Assembly (NCBI GenBank): GCA_038199275.1
Contig: JBBPZC010000151.1
Coordinates: 5,749 to 69,748 of the forward strand
DNA from: Actinomycetales bacterium
GTDB taxonomy: Bacteria; Actinomycetota; Actinomycetes; Actinomycetales; Micrococcaceae
Direction of reading: 5' to 3'
Length of the DNA stretch: 64,000 nt
Shown: in pieces, positions 1 to 9,022 of the stretch
Layout: each line of letters starts with the position of its first letter
Numbering within the stretch: position 1 is the stretch's first letter
Notes under the pieces: model-generated
Databases searched by the model: none
Seen by the model: the letters and a program-made list of their open reading frames with translations, nothing else
Told to the model about the DNA's origin: nothing
Position numbers and translations under genes: made by a program

Positions 1-1771
1 CGTTGCGGGCTCCCGTGCTGCGGCACGGCGCGGGGCCTCGAAGCCGACGAAGAATACCGCCGCACCCAAAGCGGACAAAGCCGAGAAATCAGCGAAAGCC
101 GACAAGTCAGCGAAAGCCGAGAAGTCAGTGAAAGCCGACAAGCCGCCTATAGCCAGCAAGGCAGGGAAGGCGGAGCGGCGCACCAAGACCAAGGTCCGGC
201 GTCGTTGGCCTGCTGTTGTAGCTGGCACGGCAACCCTGGCTGTGGCCGTTGCCGCGGTAGGGGCGGGGACGCTGTTCCCTGCCCTGAACGCCACGGGGCA
301 GACCGAGGTTGTCCCGTATCGGCTGCCTGTGGGGGAGGCCTTGGCGAATTGCCCTGGCCCCACGCAGTTGCTGGCAGGCTCGGCCGAAGGTACGGATCCG
401 GAGTTCTCACCGAACGCTTCCGGCACCACAACGGCGCTAAGCGCCCTGGCCCTGAGTAGTGCCAAGGGTGCTCTGCCTGACGCCAACGTGCAGGCACTGG
501 ACGGGAACAACTCGCAACTGTTTGAACTTTCCAAGGCCGCGGAATCGGCCGAGGCCGACCCCAAGGCTGTGACCGGCAAACCCAAGATGCGTGCCGCCGT
601 CGTGCGCGGAAACAGCGTGGACGGGCCATCGGCCCTGCGCATGTCGCCGCTGGAGGGCGAGCTGCCCGTGGGCGCGGCATCCGTGGTGGTTGACGCTGCG
701 GATGGCGACCTGAAGGGCCTGGCCGCGGCGAGCTGCCAGACGCCGTCGAACGAGCTGTGGCTCACCGGGGCGAGCACCACGGTGGGGCGCACCTCGGTGC
801 TGGCGATCTCGAATTCTTCGCCCAGCGCAGCGACGGTGTCGCTGGAAATGAACACGAACCAGGGCCCGCTTCAAGCAGCCGGCGGCAAGGGCCTGGTGGT
901 GGCTCCGGGGCAGGTGAAGTCGGTGGTGCTGGCCGGTCTGGCGCCCGATCAAGACCTGCTCAGTATTCATGTCAAGAGCACCGGCGGCGCGGTTACTGCG
1001 GTTATCCAGCAGTCGGTGTTGCGCGGGCTGACGCCCGGCGGCGTCGACTATCTGGCGCCCGTGCAGGCTCCCTCCACGTCTATGGCCATTCCCGGCGTGT
1101 GGGTACAGGCCCCGGATGCGGCGGCGAAGATTTCCGATCAGGACGGCTACGCCGATGCCACCGCTGCCTTGGCCATCACGGTCCCCGGTGCCCGGGATTC
1201 CGTGGTTGAGGTCAAGGCGTACGGTTCGGACGGGCAGGTGGCACTGCCCGGTGGCGGCGTGTTCACAGCCACTGCCGGCACGGTGAACCTGATGCCGCTG
1301 AAGGGTCTTCCGGCCGGAACATATTCGTTGAGCCTGAAGGCTGATGAAGCGGTGACGGCCACTGCGCGTCTGGTGAGGTCAACCAAGGCTGGGGAAGGGG
1401 TGGACATCGCGTTCGCCCCGTCCACGGCGCGGCTGGGTGCCGCCCACCTGCTCTCACTGCCGCAGGATTTGAACTCCGCGCTGGTATTCAGTGCGCCGGA
1501 CGATGCGGCAACGGTGCGGTTGGTTCCGATTTCCGAGAGCGGCGAATTGGGTGCGGCCAAGGACGTCGACGTACAGGCTGGCCGGACCATGACTCTCAGC
1601 CCGGCGTCGGTGCTGGGGGACAAAGCGGTGGGTGTGTTGATCTCCGTTGCCGGTGCCCCTGTCTATGGTTCGCAGCTGCTGCTGGGCAATGACTCGGCCA
1701 ACATTGCCGTGCTGCCCATTCCAGGAGGGTCGGCCGGTAGTGCTGACATCACGATGGTGACCGGCTACTGA
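1..1771 (+). CDS. DUF5719-family membrane-anchored extracellular protein (5' end outside window)
   Basis: Frame is open from base 2 (VAGSRAAARR...KADKAEKSAKADKSAK...). One TM segment followed by CPGP and GLAAASC motifs. Sits beside zincin/DUF3499 as in other actinobacteria. Confidence 0.75.
   Translation, partial: VAGSRAAARRGASKPTKNTAAPKADKAEKSAKADKSAKAEKSVKADKPPIASKAGKAERRTKTKVRRRWPAVVAGTATLAVAVAAVGAGTLFPALNATGQTEVVPYRLPVGEALANCPGPTQLLAGSAEGTDPEFSPNASGTTTALSALALSSAKGALPDANVQALDGNNSQLFELSKAAESAEADPKAVTGKPKMRAAVVRGNSVDGPSALRMSPLEGELPVGAASVVVDAADGDLKGLAAASCQTPSNELWLTGASTTVGRTSVLAISNSSPSAATVSLEMNTNQGPLQAAGGKGLVVAPGQVKSVVLAGLAPDQDLLSIHVKSTGGAVTAVIQQSVLRGLTPGGVDYLAPVQAPSTSMAIPGVWVQAPDAAAKISDQDGYADATAALAITVPGARDSVVEVKAYGSDGQVALPGGGVFTATAGTVNLMPLKGLPAGTYSLSLKADEAVTATARLVRSTKAGEGVDIAFAPSTARLGAAHLLSLPQDLNSALVFSAPDDAATVRLVPISESGELGAAKDVDVQAGRTMTLSPASVLGDKAVGVLISVAGAPVYGSQLLLGNDSANIAVLPIPGGSAGSADITMVTGY
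77..142 (+). repeat. 18-bp coding tandem repeat (AAAGCCGASAARTCAGYG, ~3.7 copies) encoding KA(D/E)KS(A/V)
   Basis: Units start at 77, 95, 113 and 131. Confidence 0.85.
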
Positions 1772-1809
1772 GATTCTGGCGCTGACGTGTCAACGGCCCT
1801 TCCCGCCTG

Positions 1810-2136
1810 GATTCAGGAAATGCCGTCCATAATGCCCTGTGCCGTCGATACTTCGGCGGCGTGAGGCATTATTGACGGCGTCCCCCGCCCTCACCAACTT
1901 CCGCGCCCGGTCCCCAGATCCGCCCCCGGAAGGGCGGGCGCGGATCTGGGGACCGGGCGCGGAAACCTGAATGCGACCCAAGGCGCACAGATGACCGAGC
2001 CCGCCCCGTCGATGCCCGCCCCATCGATGCCTGGCCGTCGCTCCTGTCCGCTTGATTCAGGAAATGCCGCCCATAATGCCCAGTGCCGTTGATATATCGG
2101 CGGCGTGAGGCATTGGCGACGGCATCCCGCGCTCAC
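1810..2136. repeat. Composite intergenic palindromic element: two ~85-bp direct-repeat hairpins flanking a perfect 25-bp stem-loop
   Basis: Copies at 1810-1894 and 2054-2136 both start GATTCAGGAAATGCCG. Perfect inverted repeat at 1899-1923/1940-1964. 15-bp tandem at 1999-2028. Confidence 0.85.
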
Positions 2137-2213
2137 AAGATCATGGCCGCACGGCATCCCGGCTGGATCGCGAAGTGGCCTGGCGCTACGTGTTGACCCT
2201 TGAAGGGCACATG

Positions 2214-2756
2214 TCAGTGGCCGCGGAAGCGGCGGAACAGCGGGTCCACCGTGTCGGGGTCAATGTTCAACAGCCCGGCAACCTGCTCAATCATGACCTC
2301 GTGGATCAGTTCACGGACCTGGCCGGTGGTGTCGCACAGTGCCTCGATGGGGTGGCGGTAGACGGCGACGACGGCTTGAGCCGCCGGCTGGCTGTCGGTG
2401 GCGGGAACAGGGGGCGCGTACTTCCCCAGGGGCGCTTGTTCGCCTGAGGCGATGAGTGTTTCCAGCTGCTGCGGAACTTCCTCCACCAGGTAGGAGACAT
2501 CGGCCAACGCGGCCGGCCACAGCTCGCGCAGCCTCTCGGCGGAGTCCACCACAAGGTCTTCAAACTGCTCTCCGCGGGTGCGTGAACCCGGCAGGGTTGC
2601 CGGCAGAACCGGCCCGCGCAGGCCGCGTCCGTGCCGGTCCCGGCGCCTGGCCGCGAAGGTGCGGGGCGCTGCTGCGGTTGTGCCGCCGTCGGGCAGTGCC
2701 TGCGGATCTAATGCGATACGCAGTGACGTATCGCCTTGGCTGGGCTTGAACTCCAT
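2214..2756 (-). CDS. Zincin-like metallopeptidase family protein (Zincin_1)
   Basis: RRRDRHGRGLRGP, VEEVP, VYRHPIE and LIHEVMIEQVA motifs. TACAGT -10 box 6 nt before ATG (leaderless). Confidence 0.8.
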   Translation of the reverse strand: MEFKPSQGDTSLRIALDPQALPDGGTTAAAPRTFAARRRDRHGRGLRGPVLPATLPGSRTRGEQFEDLVVDSAERLRELWPAALADVSYLVEEVPQQLETLIASGEQAPLGKYAPPVPATDSQPAAQAVVAVYRHPIEALCDTTGQVRELIHEVMIEQVAGLLNIDPDTVDPLFRRFRGH

Positions 2757-2823
2757 AATTTCACTGTAGGCCGGGGGAGCGTCAAGGCGAAATATTGCCG
2801 CGGTGAGGGTAGTCTTGGGGATC

Positions 2824-3222
2824 GTGGGAACCCTTCGTCAATGCACCAGATCAGCCTGCCGGGAAACGGCCGTGGCAACTTTGACGTACGTGTATGCAGA
2901 TTCAACGGCAGTATTGGGGCCCCTGGCAACCTTCGCCGAACCGCATTGCTACGACTTGTGCGCGAAACATTCAGCCCGTTTGTCCGCCCCCCTGGGGTGG
3001 GAAGTCATCCACCTTGCGCGCTCTGACAAGCCGCCGGCGCCGGGCCCGGACGATCTGCTGGCCCTGGCCGACGCAGTTCGTGAAGCCGCGCGGCACGAGC
3101 CGGACGAGGTCGAAACACCCAGTCCCCGACGCGAAGTCCGCGGCGCCCTGGAACCACCGCCCGGAACACCCGCCGGCCCCTCCTCCGGTCGGCGCGGACA
3201 CCTCAGGGTCCTCCGCGACTGA
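2824..3222 (+). CDS. DUF3499 family protein
   Basis: RQCTRSAC...AVATLTYVYADSTAVLGPLA...EPHCYDLC..H signature. Start moved to the GTG at 2824 after a TAGTCT -10 box. Confidence 0.9.
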   Translation: MGTLRQCTRSACRETAVATLTYVYADSTAVLGPLATFAEPHCYDLCAKHSARLSAPLGWEVIHLARSDKPPAPGPDDLLALADAVREAARHEPDEVETPSPRREVRGALEPPPGTPAGPSSGRRGHLRVLRD

Positions 3223-3312
3223 GAACCCCGGCACCAGCCGGAACCCGGGCAGCCCCCAGCCCCCGGCGCCCACCCTCCATCTCGAAGCCAGTGTAAGGAA
3301 ACGCAAACGACC

Positions 3313-3492
3313 ATGGCGAACATTAGTGAGAACCTGATGGCAATCCTGCGCTGCCCCGTTACCGGATCGCGGCTGACCCAGAAGGGCGATGAATTGCTCA
3401 GCCAGGCCAACGGCCCGGACGGCGTCCCGCTGCGGTACGCCATTGACGAGGGCATCGCCCTGTTGCTGCGCCCGGAGCAAACCACCTCCTGA
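3313..3492 (+). CDS. Trm112/UPF0434-family small protein (59 aa, absent from ORF track)
   Basis: Hand translation MANISENLMAILRCPVTGSRLTQKGDELLSQANGPDGVPLRYAIDEGIALLLRPEQTTS. The L-x-CP and Y-x-I-x-x-GI pattern and an AAGGA RBS are present. Confidence 0.85.
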   Translation: MANISENLMAILRCPVTGSRLTQKGDELLSQANGPDGVPLRYAIDEGIALLLRPEQTTS

Positions 3493-3562
3493 GGCCACCC
3501 GGACCGGTCAGCCCGGCCGTCCGCACCATTTTCGCCGCCAAACATCTGACAAAGGGGTCATT

Positions 3563-4384
3563 GTGAACACAGCTTGGGAAGACATTGGCGCGTTGGTGCG
3601 GCGCAGGCGTGCCAACAACCCCGGCCCCATGACGCTGGACGGGACCAACTCCTACGTTCTTGCCGCACCGGGCGCCACCGGCGTCGTTGTGGTGGACCCC
3701 GGCCCGCTCCTGGAGGAGCACCTCGCCGATCTGGCTGCCGCCGGTGCCGTTGAACTTATTCTGATCACCCACCAGCACGGCGACCACACCGACGGCAGTG
3801 CCCGCCTCCACGAGCTGACAGGCGCCCCTGTCCGCGCGGCCCTGCCGGAGTTCTGCCATTCCGGCACTACCCTGTCCGACGGCGAACTCATCCACGCGGC
3901 CGGCCTCGCCATCGAGGTGCTCGCCACCCCGGGACACACCAGTGACTCACTCTGCTTTGCCGTCTCGGCCGCAGATTCAGCCGACGGACAATCGGAGTGC
4001 CTCGTCCTGACAGGCGACACGATCCTGGGCAGCGGCACCACCGTCATCTGTTACCCGGACGGCACGCTGGGCGACTATCTCAGCTCCCTGGACCGCCTGA
4101 AAAAGCGGGGGAGTGAGAACACCGACGCAGGTGCGCCGGTAAAGGCGCTGCCCGGACACGGTCCTGTCCTCGAGGATTTGGCCGAAGTCGCCGAACGCTA
4201 CCAGGCACACAGGGCGGAGCGGATCGCACAGGTGCGGGCCGCCGTCGAACATCTCCAGCAGGGCACGGCGGAGTTCCCCACGGTGGAGGCCGTCACGAAT
4301 ACGGTGTACGGCGACGTGCCGGAAAACCTGCAGGGCGCGGCGCAGCTTTCCGTCCAGGCGCAGCTGGATTATCTGCGCGGCTGA
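3563..4384 (+). CDS. MBL-fold metallo-hydrolase
   Basis: NPGPMTLDGTNSY, THQHGDH (HxHxDH), TPGHTSDS, LTGDTILG and LPGHG motifs. GTG start after an AAAGGGG RBS. Confidence 0.9.
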   Translation: MNTAWEDIGALVRRRRANNPGPMTLDGTNSYVLAAPGATGVVVVDPGPLLEEHLADLAAAGAVELILITHQHGDHTDGSARLHELTGAPVRAALPEFCHSGTTLSDGELIHAAGLAIEVLATPGHTSDSLCFAVSAADSADGQSECLVLTGDTILGSGTTVICYPDGTLGDYLSSLDRLKKRGSENTDAGAPVKALPGHGPVLEDLAEVAERYQAHRAERIAQVRAAVEHLQQGTAEFPTVEAVTNTVYGDVPENLQGAAQLSVQAQLDYLRG

Positions 4385-4445
4385 GACAACCCACCGCGGT
4401 GCAGGCGTAAGATTTGAAAGTCAGTGCACCGATCGGAAGATTTTA

Positions 4446-5696
4446 ATGCCTCAGCCGAACCAGCCCAGGAAACCCCGACGGGGCCTGAAGATCGCCTTTT
4501 TCGTGGCAATTACCATGGCCGTTGCCGCCGGCGGCGTCGGTGCGGCAACGGCGCACTCCTGGCTGCCAACGGCTTCTTCCGAAGCGGCGCAGCAGCCAAC
4601 CACACCACCAACGCCGGTTCAAACCACACCTGCGGCAATTCCCGTAACGCTGGCCGTGGTGCCCAAAGCGGGCGCCACGTTCGTCAATCCCGCAGATGAA
4701 GTCACGGCCCTGGCTGACCGGGGGACGGTTTACAGCGCGGTGCTGAAGGAAACCGCCACGGGAGAAAACACCGACGGCGAGTTATTCGTCAGCGGAAGAA
4801 AATGGGTCAGCGGCGCGCCTTTGAAGTTTGCCACCAACTACACATTCGACGTCACCACCCAGGATGAAGAGGGCAACCTTTCAACCACCGTCAGCACTTT
4901 CAGCACCGTGCCGGCCTCCAACGAGGCCGACCTGGCCATGTTCCCTGCAGCCGGCTCCACGGTTGGCGTTGCGCAGCCGGTGCAATTCACGTTCAGCGAG
5001 CCGGTGACCAACAAGGAGGCGGTGGAGAACGCCATCTCCATCACAGCCTCTTCCGGGCAGAAGGGCGCCTTCCGCTGGTATTCGGACACCTTGCTCAGAT
5101 ACCGTGCGGAGGATTTCTGGGCGGCCAATACAAAACTGACCGTCGACATGAAGCTCTTCGGTCTCGACTTCGGCAACGGGCAGATCGGCAATTTCAACCA
5201 GACCAACGTTGTCCAGATTGGCAACCGCGTGGAAATGGTGGCCGACGCCGCCAACCTGCAGGCCAGCATCTATGTCAATGGGGCCTTGGTCAAGCAATAC
5301 CCCGTCACCATGGGAGATGAGCGCTTCCCGTCAGCATCCGGCTACTTGGTGGTGCTTTCAGACAAGCAGCGCCACGCACACTTTGTCGCCTCAACCATCG
5401 GCCTCAAGCCGGGCGATCCCGCCAACTACGGCGAAGTCGATGTTGAATTCGCCACCCGGCTCACGCCCAGCGGAGAGTTCATCCATCAGGCGACGGACAG
5501 TGCCGCCCCGTTCCTGGGCCGCGTCAACTTATCGCATGGTTGCATCGGAATGTCTGCTGAGGGGGCCGGCTGGGTGTTCAGCAACATGGGCACCGGCGAC
5601 CTGGTCCACGTGGTTGGCAGCCCCAATGAGACCATTGCGCCGACGGACGGCTTTGGTGACTGGAACATCCCCTTCGCCCAATACGCACAGCGCTAG
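4446..5696 (+). CDS. L,D-transpeptidase (Ig-like domains + YkuD), TM-anchored
   Basis: VGVAQPV Ig-like motif and catalytic FIHQA...SHGCIG. Confidence 0.9.
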   Translation: MPQPNQPRKPRRGLKIAFFVAITMAVAAGGVGAATAHSWLPTASSEAAQQPTTPPTPVQTTPAAIPVTLAVVPKAGATFVNPADEVTALADRGTVYSAVLKETATGENTDGELFVSGRKWVSGAPLKFATNYTFDVTTQDEEGNLSTTVSTFSTVPASNEADLAMFPAAGSTVGVAQPVQFTFSEPVTNKEAVENAISITASSGQKGAFRWYSDTLLRYRAEDFWAANTKLTVDMKLFGLDFGNGQIGNFNQTNVVQIGNRVEMVADAANLQASIYVNGALVKQYPVTMGDERFPSASGYLVVLSDKQRHAHFVASTIGLKPGDPANYGEVDVEFATRLTPSGEFIHQATDSAAPFLGRVNLSHGCIGMSAEGAGWVFSNMGTGDLVHVVGSPNETIAPTDGFGDWNIPFAQYAQR

Positions 5697-5718
5697 CACG
5701 TTCCCCGAACCCTGATTG

Positions 5719-5745
5719 GTTATGGAAACGTAACGCCGCCGTAAT
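5719..5745. promoter_or_regulatory. Putative MtrA-type triple direct repeat upstream of the second Ldt gene
   Basis: GTTAT-N6-GTAAC-N6-GTAAT, i.e. GTNAY at an 11-bp period. Confidence 0.5.
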
Positions 5746-5849
5746 GGGCGGAGGGCCGTTGTCCATCAAACATGACGTAAAATTGATAGCTGGCGCACCG
5801 GCTGCCATTTTGAGCGTTGTGGATTTGTCCACCGAATTGGGGAGTTTGC

Positions 5850-7091
5850 ATGGCTGAGGTACAAGAGACCAGTTTCGCCCGCAAGGGTTTGCGGAACGTC
5901 ATGGTCTCCGTTCTGACTGTGGGTGTTGCCGTCAGTGTTGCGGCGTGCTCAATGATCAGCCCGGCCGGCACCAACCCCTCTGCGCAAGAATCCACGGCGG
6001 CTCCCGCGCCGGTCACGACCACGCCCCCGGCTCCTCTGTCCACCATCGCGGTGAACCCGGAGAACGGCGCCGACTTTGTGAACCCGGTGAACCAGATCGT
6101 CGCAGAGGTCAAGGACGGCAAGGTCGTCTCGGCCATCCTGTCCGAAACCGATAGCGGTGTCGTCACCGACGGCGAGTTGTCTGACGGGGACGTCAAGTGG
6201 GTTGCCAGCAAACCATTGAAGTTCGACATGTCCTACACCTTCAATGTCACCGCCGAGGACGTCAACGGCACCAAGTCCAACCAGGTCAGCACCTTCACCA
6301 CCGTGCCGCCGTCGCACGAGGCCAACGCCGTCCTGTATCCGAACGCGGATGCCACGGTGGGTGTCGCCCAGCCCCTGCAGTGGTCCTTCAGTGAGCCGGT
6401 CCTGAATAAGGAAGTCGTGGAGAACGCCATCAAGGTCACCAACGCCGCCGGCCAGCAAGGGGCGTTCCGCTGGTACTCGGACACGCTGCTGCGCTACCGC
6501 GCCCCCGACCACTGGCCCGCCAACTCGCAGATCAACGTGGACATGGCATTGTTCGGTGTTGATTTTGGCAACGGCATGATCGGCAACTTCAACAAGAACT
6601 ACAACGTGAACATCGGCAACAAGGTGGTCATGGAGGCCGACGCCGCCGCGCACAGCGTGAGTGTGTTGGTCAACGACCAGGTGGTGCAAAGCTTCCCGGC
6701 AACCCTGGGCGATGCGGACTTCCCCTCGGCTTCCGGCTACATGGTGCTCACGGGCGACAAGCAACGCTACGCCACCTTCAAGGCCTCCACCATTGGCCTG
6801 AACCCGGGAGATCCCGGCGACTATGGCTCCGTCGATGTGGAACATGCCATCCGGCTCTCCAACAGCGGCATCTTCATCCACCAGGCCACGGCGTCGGCCA
6901 TGCCGTATCTGGGCGTGACCAACCTGTCGCACGGCTGCATCGGGCTGGGCCCGGACGCGGCGGCCTGGGTGTTTGCCAACATGGGCGCGGGCGACCTGGT
7001 CCACACCGTGGGCACGCCGAATGAAACCATCGCCCCCACCGACGGCTTCGGCGACTGGAACATCCCATTCGAGCAGTACGCCTCGCGGTAA
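5850..7091 (+). CDS. L,D-transpeptidase lipoprotein (paralogue of upstream gene)
   Basis: Lipobox-like VAAC, SHGCIG catalytic motif, GGGGAG RBS before ATG 5850. C-terminus nearly identical to the upstream paralogue. Confidence 0.9.
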   Translation: MAEVQETSFARKGLRNVMVSVLTVGVAVSVAACSMISPAGTNPSAQESTAAPAPVTTTPPAPLSTIAVNPENGADFVNPVNQIVAEVKDGKVVSAILSETDSGVVTDGELSDGDVKWVASKPLKFDMSYTFNVTAEDVNGTKSNQVSTFTTVPPSHEANAVLYPNADATVGVAQPLQWSFSEPVLNKEVVENAIKVTNAAGQQGAFRWYSDTLLRYRAPDHWPANSQINVDMALFGVDFGNGMIGNFNKNYNVNIGNKVVMEADAAAHSVSVLVNDQVVQSFPATLGDADFPSASGYMVLTGDKQRYATFKASTIGLNPGDPGDYGSVDVEHAIRLSNSGIFIHQATASAMPYLGVTNLSHGCIGLGPDAAAWVFANMGAGDLVHTVGTPNETIAPTDGFGDWNIPFEQYASR

Positions 7092-7123
7092 CCCTCGCCA
7101 GAATCCGGAAGTGCGACTACCGG

Positions 7124-7927
7124 CTACCTGCCACGTGCCCCGTGGGCGTTCAGCCGTGCCCGCAGCAAATCGGACTGGGATTGGGAACGGACCAGCCGGG
7201 CCAGCTCGCGCTCACGCCGCTCGGCAATGAGCGAGGCCAGAAAAACGGCAGGGTCCGTGCCGGCCGGCGGCAGCGGTGCCACAAAGGCGCTGGCTTCGTT
7301 CGCCAGTTCCACGTCCAGGGCATGCCGCGAGGCCGGGGCCATCGCTGCACCCTGGCGCAGGAACATGGAGATCCGCCGGGCCAGGCCGTCGGGCAGCCGG
7401 CCAATATCAGCGAGCGATGCCCATGGCACCAGCGCCGGCGCAACAGAAACCTGCAGCGGCATGATCTTCGGTGTCCGGGTGCGGATCGCGTAGGTGCCGG
7501 CCAGCATGTCGCCCAGCCGCTTGGACTTCACGTTGAACAGTGAGGTCAGGCAGGCAATCGATCCCAGCGACAGGTAAATCTCCAACACGGCCAGCAACGC
7601 CCGGATGAGGGCATGGCGGAACCGGACGGATCCGCCGTCGTCCCTCACGATGCGCAGGCCCATGATCAGCTTGCCGAGCGACTTTCCCCGACTCAGCGTC
7701 TCCACCGCAATGGGGACCACCACTACCAGCGCCACCAAAATGGTGATGACCAGGGCTTTCATGGCGGCCGCGTCCAGACTGAACGGCACGGCCCCCACCA
7801 GCAAAAACAGCGCAATGCCCACCAGCACCGTGGCGGCCACGTCGATCGCGGTGGCAAGGGAGCGGGCGGCAAAGGAGGCCGGGCGCAGTTCAAGGACAAC
7901 GGCTTCACCGGTGATGATTGCGGACAT
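7124..7927 (-). CDS. RDD family membrane protein
   Basis: ITGEAV, R..A..ID, GKSLGK..MGLRIVRDDG and KRLGDMLAGT motifs. TAGACT -10 box 6 nt before ATG. Confidence 0.9.
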   Translation of the reverse strand: MSAIITGEAVVLELRPASFAARSLATAIDVAATVLVGIALFLLVGAVPFSLDAAAMKALVITILVALVVVVPIAVETLSRGKSLGKLIMGLRIVRDDGGSVRFRHALIRALLAVLEIYLSLGSIACLTSLFNVKSKRLGDMLAGTYAIRTRTPKIMPLQVSVAPALVPWASLADIGRLPDGLARRISMFLRQGAAMAPASRHALDVELANEASAFVAPLPPAGTDPAVFLASLIAERRERELARLVRSQSQSDLLRARLNAHGARGR

Positions 7928-7977
7928 CAAAACAGTCTATCCACGCCCACGCGCTTAGGGGCTATAGGCTGGGTGCG

Positions 7978-8970
7978 ATGGACATGGATGCGTTTACCTC
8001 AGTGCACTCCCCGCAGTGGGCCCGGCTCAACGTGCTGGCCAGGAAGCGGCGGCTGAACGGGGCGGAGTCCGACGAGCTTCTGGACCTGTACCAAAGCATC
8101 TCGGCACAACTCTCGCTGATCCGTTCCGTGGAGGGGGAGAGTGTGCTCTCGGCGTCGCTCTCGGCCACCCTCGCCAACGCCCGCACGCGTTTCACCGGCG
8201 CTAAATCCAACATTTTTGTGGACCTGGCCCGCTTCTTCGCCATCTCCCTGCCGGCCGCGTTCTACCGGCTGCGCTGGCTGACCGTGATCATTGGCACCGT
8301 GTTTGTGGTGATTGGCGCGCTCTTCGCCGTGTGGACGGCCGGGAACCCGGGCGTGTTGGCGGCCCTGGGCAGCGACGCGCAACTGCGCCAGCTCGTGGAC
8401 CACGACTTTGTTGATTACTACTCCGAAAACCCTGCCGCCTCATTCGCCGGGGCCGTCTGGACCAACAATGCGTGGATCGCCGCCCAATGCGTGGCCTTCG
8501 GCGTGACCGGCGTGTTCATCCCCTACCAAATCTTCCTCAACGCCCAAGGCATTGGCATGACCGCCGGCGCCATGTTCGCCTACGACCGCGGCGACGTCTT
8601 CTTCAGCTACATCCTCCCGCACGGGCTCATGGAGCTGACAGCAATCTTCATCGCCGGGGCCGCGGGCCTGCGCATTTTCTGGGCCTGGGTGAGCCCCGGA
8701 CCGCGCACCCGCCTGGACTCCCTTGCCCGCGAAGGCCGATCCCTGATCACCGTCGCGGCCGGGTTGGTCCTGGTCCTGTTCGTGTCCGGCCTCGTCGAAG
8801 CGTTTGTCACCCCCAGCCCGCTGCCCGTCTGGGCCAAGATCACCATTGGCGCCCTGGTCCTGGCCGCCTACTGGGCCTACACGCTGATCCTTGGCCGCCG
8901 CGCTTTTCTCGCCGGTGAGGGCGGGGACCTTGACGCGTACGACGCCGGAGCCTCCGTCCGCTCAGTCTGA
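7978..8970 (+). CDS. Stage II sporulation protein M-like (DUF95) membrane protein
   Basis: MDMDAF...W.RL, VWTNNAW, ILPHGLMELTAIF and SGLVEAFVTP motifs. Divergent from RDD, as is typical. Confidence 0.9.
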   Translation: MDMDAFTSVHSPQWARLNVLARKRRLNGAESDELLDLYQSISAQLSLIRSVEGESVLSASLSATLANARTRFTGAKSNIFVDLARFFAISLPAAFYRLRWLTVIIGTVFVVIGALFAVWTAGNPGVLAALGSDAQLRQLVDHDFVDYYSENPAASFAGAVWTNNAWIAAQCVAFGVTGVFIPYQIFLNAQGIGMTAGAMFAYDRGDVFFSYILPHGLMELTAIFIAGAAGLRIFWAWVSPGPRTRLDSLAREGRSLITVAAGLVLVLFVSGLVEAFVTPSPLPVWAKITIGALVLAAYWAYTLILGRRAFLAGEGGDLDAYDAGASVRSV

Positions 8971-9022
8971 GACAAGAGCGGTGGGCCCCCCAAAACATGG
9001 CGCGCGGGTGGAGGATGGGGAT

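Noticed and set aside
3389-3562. N-terminal extension of the MBL hydrolase in the ORF track
   Set aside because: It overlaps the Trm112-like gene. An RBS-preceded GTG at 3563 is the better start.
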